NCBI GenBank assembly: GCA_002269645.1
Contig: NIVC01003208.1
Span: forward strand, 47,215 to 111,214
From: Macrostomum lignano
Taxonomy: Eukaryota
Reading direction: 5' to 3'
Length of the DNA stretch: 64,000 nucleotides
Shown here: in pieces, positions 58,268 to 64,000 of the stretch
How the letters are laid out: the number at the start of each line of letters is the position of its first letter
Position numbering within the stretch: the stretch's first letter is position 1
Notes under the pieces: generated by a model
The model's database searches: none
Seen by the model: the letters and a program-made list of their open reading frames with translations, nothing else
What the model was told of the DNA's origin: nothing
Program-made: the position numbers and the translations under genes

Positions 58268-61200
58268 ATGGTTGAGCACTCCTGGATGGAGCAGGAGAAT
58301 GACCACTCATGGATGGAGAATGACCACTCATGGATGGAGAATGACCACTCATGGATGGAGAATGACCACTCATGGATGGAGAATGGCCACTCGTGGATGG
58401 AGGATGACCACTCGTGGATCGAGTATGACCACCCTTGGGTGGACCATGACGTCAGCAGCGAGTCAGCAGCCAGCAGCGAGTCGGCAGCCAGCAGCGAGTC
58501 GGCAGCCAGCAGCGAGTCGGCAGCCAGCAGCGAGTCAGCAGCCAGCAGCGAGTCAGCAGCCAGCAGCGAGTCAGCAGCCAGCAGCGAGTCAGCAGCCAGC
58601 AGCGAGTCAGCAGCCAGCAGCGAGTCAGCAGCCAGCAGCGAGTCAGCAGCCAACAGCGAGTCGGTGACTGATGCACACCAAGGTAAGTGCCTTTATTTAT
58701 CCTTTTCAACTTACTTAAAAATTTTCTTATCAATGCGATGTATATTATGCAGTCTAAAATTTTAGTCCAAAGAATGGGAGAAGGGGAGATAAAAGACTTT
58801 ATACCGGTAGGGTTGTACATGTATGCTTGGGTACAGACGTTTAGTTTAGTATCTTTGATATTTGAAACTATAGGCAGCAAAAAACAAAAATATTATCCTA
58901 AAACCACAAACCAGGTTCAACAGTCAGCTTCAGCAGAGTTGCCCAAGCCTATGATCAATCACTGGAAATACTGAGGCTCAGATCGAGTCACCCAGACACG
59001 CTTCCGTCAGAATTTTTTGTCCAAGCTGGAGACAAAATTATTGAGGCAGTTCAGCAAAGAATTTCAAGACATCATTACAAAGTTCAGCTAAAGGCGAATA
59101 TTCGAATGGTCCGAATAAGAGATGGGGAGATGCTTGCCGAAGAGGACAGATGGATAAGCTGTAAAATGCAGGCCCTAGACCTAGGTGGTGAAGCAGGCCG
59201 TTTAAACAACTGGTTGATTGAGCAGGAGCAGGAGTTGGAGAGGATCTGTAGTATGATTAATACGAACGGCAGTGGCTGGACAATTAAACAAATTAATTTT
59301 CTAGACATCAACCTTGCCAGGTACAATCCAATTCGATTTCGCCAGGGCAGAGCCGTTAGATTCAATCTTCCTGCCAGTTTGAAGAACAAAAAGGCTGTTA
59401 TCAATCCACCGAGCACAGGCAAAGACTGTTTCCTGTACGCCTGTCTCGCTGCACTGCACAGCGCCGATCCGAAAGTTCAGAAATCGCCCAACAGAATATC
59501 CTCTTACGATGAATGGTTGCGTGAGCTGGACTTTGCAGAAATCTCCATGCCAGTGAGTGTCGCTGATATCGATCGCGTCGAGTCTAACAATCCAGGAATT
59601 TGCATTTCTGCGTTCTCTTGGCAGCAGGGCAGTGTGACTCTTCTCCGTCGCCGCAAGCATGAGTCAGATGACCGAAGACACCTCATGCTTTTGCTAGTTA
59701 AAGACAGCTACGGATCGGAGCACTGGTGTGCAATTACTAATTTTGACAGGTTAATGAACAGTCGTAATGGTCCCGCCATGAGGAAGTGGTGCACGAAATG
59801 TTTAACATCATTTTATAGCAACGAGAGGCTTCAAGAGCACAGGAACGAATGCAGCATTACTGCAGAAAATCCTGTCAAAGAAACGCTTCCAGTTCCAGGA
59901 CAGAATGAAATAAAGTTCCGAAACTGTCAAAACACTGTCAGTCCACCATTCGTTGCCTATGCCGACCTGGAAGCCATTTTGCGAGCGAACACAGACCCTG
60001 CTAACCTGATCTCAAAGCATGAACCATGTGCAGCAGCTTTTCTTGCAGTGCCTCGTGAAGGCATGACAGGACCTCCGCTTAGGCCAGAAGGAGACATGTA
60101 CAAGGTCTTTTGCAATGCGGACCCTGATGAGTGTATCCTTGGTTTTCTCAAATCTCTTGAAAGCCTGGCTCAGGATATATTTCACTGGAACCAGAAGCAT
60201 AGCCACCAGCCGGCTGACCGATCATCCGCGACCGTCATGGATGATTTCAATTCTGCTGAGGTATGTCACTACTGCAAGAAGAACTTTAAAAGTTCTACAG
60301 ATAAACATTTTGACCACGATCATTTAAATGGACAGTACAAAGGTGCAGCATGTCAAGAATGCAACCTGCGAGCACAGCTCCGACGCCGGTTTCTGCCCCT
60401 GGTTTTTCACAACTTAGGCGGCTACGACCTTCATCTTCTACTTTCCACTGCGCTTGGGAGCATGAAAAATTGGAAACTTAGTGTTGTTCCGCAATCATCC
60501 GAGCGATACTTGTCACTAAGGGCGGAATTCCCTGTTGCAAGTTACGTAAAGAACGGAAAAGTTGTGCCAATCATGTTTACAATTCAGTTCATCGACTCGC
60601 TCTGCTTTTTGAAGGGAAGTTTGTCCAATTTGTTTGCTAATCTTCCCGAAGCTGAATGCAAGCTGACAATGCAAATGCTTGAGTCAAGACCACATCTTTC
60701 AAGAGAGCTACTTCGAAAAAAAGGGATTTTCCCATATGATTACCTCACAGGATTTGAGATTCTCGAGCAGTCGGTTTTGCCACCTAAAGATGCTTTTTTT
60801 AATCGACTTTCCGATAGGGGAATTTCCGACGACGACTACAATAGAGCAAGAGCGGCATGGGCGGCATTTCAATGCAAAAGTTTGAAGGATTATATGCTCG
60901 CCTATCTTGAAATGGATGTAAGGCAGCTGGCTGACATTTTCGAGACATTCCGACAGGCCAGTCTGAAAGAGGACGGATTGGATCCGGTACACTACTTTAC
61001 TACTCCTGGTTTGTCTTACGACTCAGCTCTAAAGTCGACTGGAGTGGTTCTAGAGCAGCTGACTGATGCTGACATGTATCATCTGTTTGAGAAGGGAATA
61101 CGAGGAGGCATGTCCTTCATTAATGTGCATTGCGTCAAAGGTAATAATCCTAGCTTGCCAGGTTATGATGATCAGCAAGAGAGTGTAAGCCTCATGCCGA

Positions 61201-62560
61201 TCGATATGAACAACTTGTATGGCTTTGCCCTGTCGCTTCCGCTTCCATGCAGGGAATTCAGGTGGGTACCGGAACAGGAAATCCAGTTCTGGGACTCCAA
61301 TCGGTTTCTGTCACTCAATCCAGAAGCCGAGATCGCCTACCTTGTTCAACTCGATCTAGAATACCCAGCTGAGATTCACGATTCGACTCAGGAGTTACCG
61401 TTTGCACCTGAAAAATCAAAACCACAGCCAGATCAATTCTCGCCGTACATGGCCGAACTATGGAAAGAGATTGCTGAACAGCGAACTGGCAATGCTGAAG
61501 CTAAGTTTCAAGCAACGGAGAAGCTTCTACTCACCTGTACCGACAAGGATTCTTACGTAGTTCACAGCACCGTTTTAAGATTTTACCTGCAACACGGAAT
61601 GCGGATCAAGTGCGTCAAAAAAATGATTTCGTTCAAGCAGGAAAATATTTTCGCGCCGTACATTGCCAGCAACAATGAAAAAAGAGCTTTGGCAACTTCC
61701 GAGTTTGCTAAGGATTTTTACAAATTGAAAAACAATTCTCTCTTTGGAAAAACTATGGAGAACGTTCGAAAAAGATGCGATGTTCGAATTTGCACTAACC
61801 AGACTCAAGCAGAAACTTGCGCCTCTCGACCAAACTGTGCCGCATTCTCGATTATCAATGAGTCGTTGAGCATTTTTCAGCTCAAAAAAGATAAAGTCAC
61901 GCTTGACAAGGCCATTTTCGTTGGCAGGCAGTTCTCGATCTCTCTAAGATGGCCATGTACAGCCTACTATATGACAGGCTCCGACCGCTGTTCTGTCATT
62001 CAGACGGTTCCAGAGACATGATGCTTTGCGGAGGTGATACTGACTCATTTTTTCTAGCTTTCAAGAATCATGATTTAACATCGGAGGTAATCCGAAGCTT
62101 AGAGAGGAAAAAATACTTGACACATCCAACTATTCTCGAGACCATCCGCATTTCTCTGAAGAGTTAAAAGGAAAGCTGGGCTGCGTTAAAGATGAATCTG
62201 CTGGTGGAATTTACCAGGAGTGGATTCTTTTGCGTCCAAAACTTTATTCGTTTCTCCCTGCCGAGAATTCGAGTGCAAAGATCAAGAAAACTGCCAAAGG
62301 CGTGAAGCAGTCAGTAGTAAGACAGCAAATTTCGCATGCGAACTATGTCGACGCGTTCGAGTCCAAGCAAGAGCAGATGGTTGCCATGACAGCGATTGTT
62401 TCCAAGAAACACGAAATCTTCACGTCGGTCATGGAGAAAGAAGCCTATCGGTGTGGGAGGATAAGCGAGTGTGGCTTAGCAGTAATCGAAGCCTGCCTAC
62501 GGACACTATGCGCTGACGCCCGCATCCCACGATCAGCTGAAGCGCATCCGACTGGTCTAG
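58268..62560 (+). CDS. protein-primed family B DNA polymerase (DNA_pol_B_2, Polinton type) with endonuclease VII insertion; probably spliced
   Basis: Motifs AYADLEA (ExoI), CHYC..DHDHLNGQYKGAACQECN (EndoVII), FHNLGGYDLH (ExoII), YLEMDV (ExoIII), IDMNNLYG (A), KLKNNSLFGK (B), GGDTDS (C), LRPKLY and TAKGV. Probable exon 58268-58682, intron 58683-58923. Four -1 shifts at ~61925, 62110, 62438 and 62498 restore FVGQAVLDLSK..LDTSNY..KRSLSVWEDKR..LPYGHY to TAG 62560. Confidence 0.9.
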
Positions 62561-63141
62561 TGCGGGTGTTTAACAGACTGTTTAGTACTTTTTCTTGCTT
62601 TTAGAGTTGTTAAATTGCCAAATTCTGTTTTAAATGTAGTGACTTGCATGTAGTAACTTTTACAAATTTGTATGCTTGGCTAATTGCGCTAGATTTAGCT
62701 TGTCAATTTGTTTTTGCGGCGTGAAATATTGATATCAATTTAAGTTTTACTTTTTATAAAGCTGTGGCAAGTGCGCTCATACAATATTAATTCATTTTTG
62801 TTTGCTTTGTGTACTACTTGTTTAAAATGTGTTTTTGGTTTTTATCTGACATAAATTGTTCCTGTAAATTCAATCAGCGTTTTAATCATATTTTCTCTAT
62901 CACTTTTCTATTTCTCTTCTCTCGGTGCACATCGTTTGTTATAACGATGGTAGTATTGTTTACTTTCGGATTTGATATGCGTTTTGCGATACTTTTGGTG
63001 ATGGGCTAAATACGTTTTTGAAGTGTTCCATAGCTGTCTGCCTGGGAAAATGAATGTAAAGAATACTAAGTTTATCCTTTTATTCACTTTTCACTAATCA
63101 TTGAAATATTTGCGGCAAATTGCTTGACTTGACTTTTATTT

Positions 63142-63713
63142 TTATTCAATGGAAAGAACTACATTGAGTAGACGCATGCTATCGGTATGCAACTGATTCA
63201 AGGACCGAGCTCCACTGAGAACAAAAGAGCCGCTGTGAAAAAGCAGACATTTACAAAAGTTTAAATTGAAAATTAAAGCAGAAAAGGATTCTGGTTCATA
63301 TTCGCGTTTGGGATAATTGATTTTAACATTAATAAGGAAAGTGCGGAATGAACTGGGAGCTGTCCATGAGCAGTAATAGTTTTAATTCGAACAAAATTTT
63401 TGTTTGATGAGGCAGCAGTTGACCGGCACTCTCCGATGCAGCATAGCCACGAAGCGACGGGCAGCCCTTTTGGCGTCTGCGTGGGTCTTGGCACCGCAGA
63501 TGCTCAGTTGCCCAGTAGGGTAGAGTAGGAGAGTCACTCTGGGACTTCGCATCCGCTTGATGAGCACCCGGGCCAGACGGGCCGGTAGATCACATGAGCC
63601 ATGCTGAGAGCCAGTTCCCGTAGAGGCAGCTGAGCGCCCCTGCCACCATCCAGTCTCAGATCTACTCCGCCAACCAGATTGGTCACTCTTAGGGCTGTAG
63701 CTGGTGGGCTCAT
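63142..63713 (-). CDS. divergent TATA-binding-protein-like protein (two TBP repeats, no N-terminal extension, intronless), split by three frameshifts
   Basis: Repeat 1: LRVTNLVGGVDL..HVIYRPVWPGVLIKRMRSPRVTLLLYPTGQLSICGAKTHADAKRAARRFVAML. Repeat 2: VRIKTITAHGQL..NAEYEPESFSALIFNLNFCKCLLFHSGSFVLSGARSLNQL..VLSIE*. Both match the TBP pattern NIV..YNP/YEPE.F..R.P....LIF.SGK....GAK. AATAAA overlaps the stop. Confidence 0.85.
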
Positions 63714-64000
63714 TTCGATCGTCAACTTCTTCACCAAATCTGCTTCTGCCAACTTTACTGCTCGTGTGCCACGGACACTGCTCGCTTCTTAAGTTGATGC
63801 AGACTTTGGCTTAAGCCAACTGTAGTGCAGGCAACGAATTTCTCACTGCACAGCCAGTATCTGAATCTTCAGTCGAGGGTGCTCCCAAATCTTCTAGTTA
63901 TAAACGCTGTCTTCCAAGCAGCTCAGTCAGAAAAGACTTCCTTTCCCCATTTGACCAGATCGACCACTGGCAATGCTCAGAATGTCTTCCGCCAGTTCCA

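Larger units (their letters stand above)
55302..64000. mobile_element. left part of a Polinton/Maverick-like (adintovirus-like) endogenous element
   Basis: Starts AGTAGTAG; short (AG)n/(AGT)n terminal repeats are established for Polintons. Has subterminal repeats and a protein-primed PolB with an embedded endonuclease VII module. Integrase, capsid, ATPase and protease genes and the right TIR are not in the window. Confidence 0.7.

Noticed and set aside
63142-63713. The host's canonical TBP gene
   Set aside because: It is far too divergent from the near-invariant metazoan TBP core, intronless, lacks an N-terminal domain and lies next to pPolB.

Overview
Eukaryotic, metazoan genomic DNA with GC-rich spliced exons and GT-AG introns that are mostly filled by intron-specific minisatellites. 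The style suggests a flatworm such as Macrostomum, but that is inference only. From left to right the window holds: the 5' part of an RNF19-type RBR E3 ligase (-); a small head-to-head gene with an RFX X-box (+); a ~6 kb CpG-depleted block; a 5'-truncated RNase H-bearing LINE with a 13-bp TSD; a two-exon CUB/C-type-lectin membrane protein (-) plus a decayed duplicate fragment; a calmodulin-like EF-hand gene (-); a low-complexity orphan ORF (-); two tandem 8-exon paralogues of a lectin-like/Sushi-like type I membrane protein (+); two MITEs; and a 15-exon M1 aminopeptidase (+). From 55302 to the window end lies the left part of a Polinton/Maverick-like (virus-like) element. It has an AGTAGTAG terminus, subterminal repeats, a Cys-rich/acidic ORF and a probably spliced protein-primed DNA polymerase B. 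It also carries a compact, divergent two-repeat TATA-binding-protein (TBP) homologue, which is the standout observation. Almost all frameshifts are restored by adding one base, mostly in short runs, which looks like long-read consensus error, so pseudogene calls are unsafe. No rRNA, tRNA or CRISPR features were supported.
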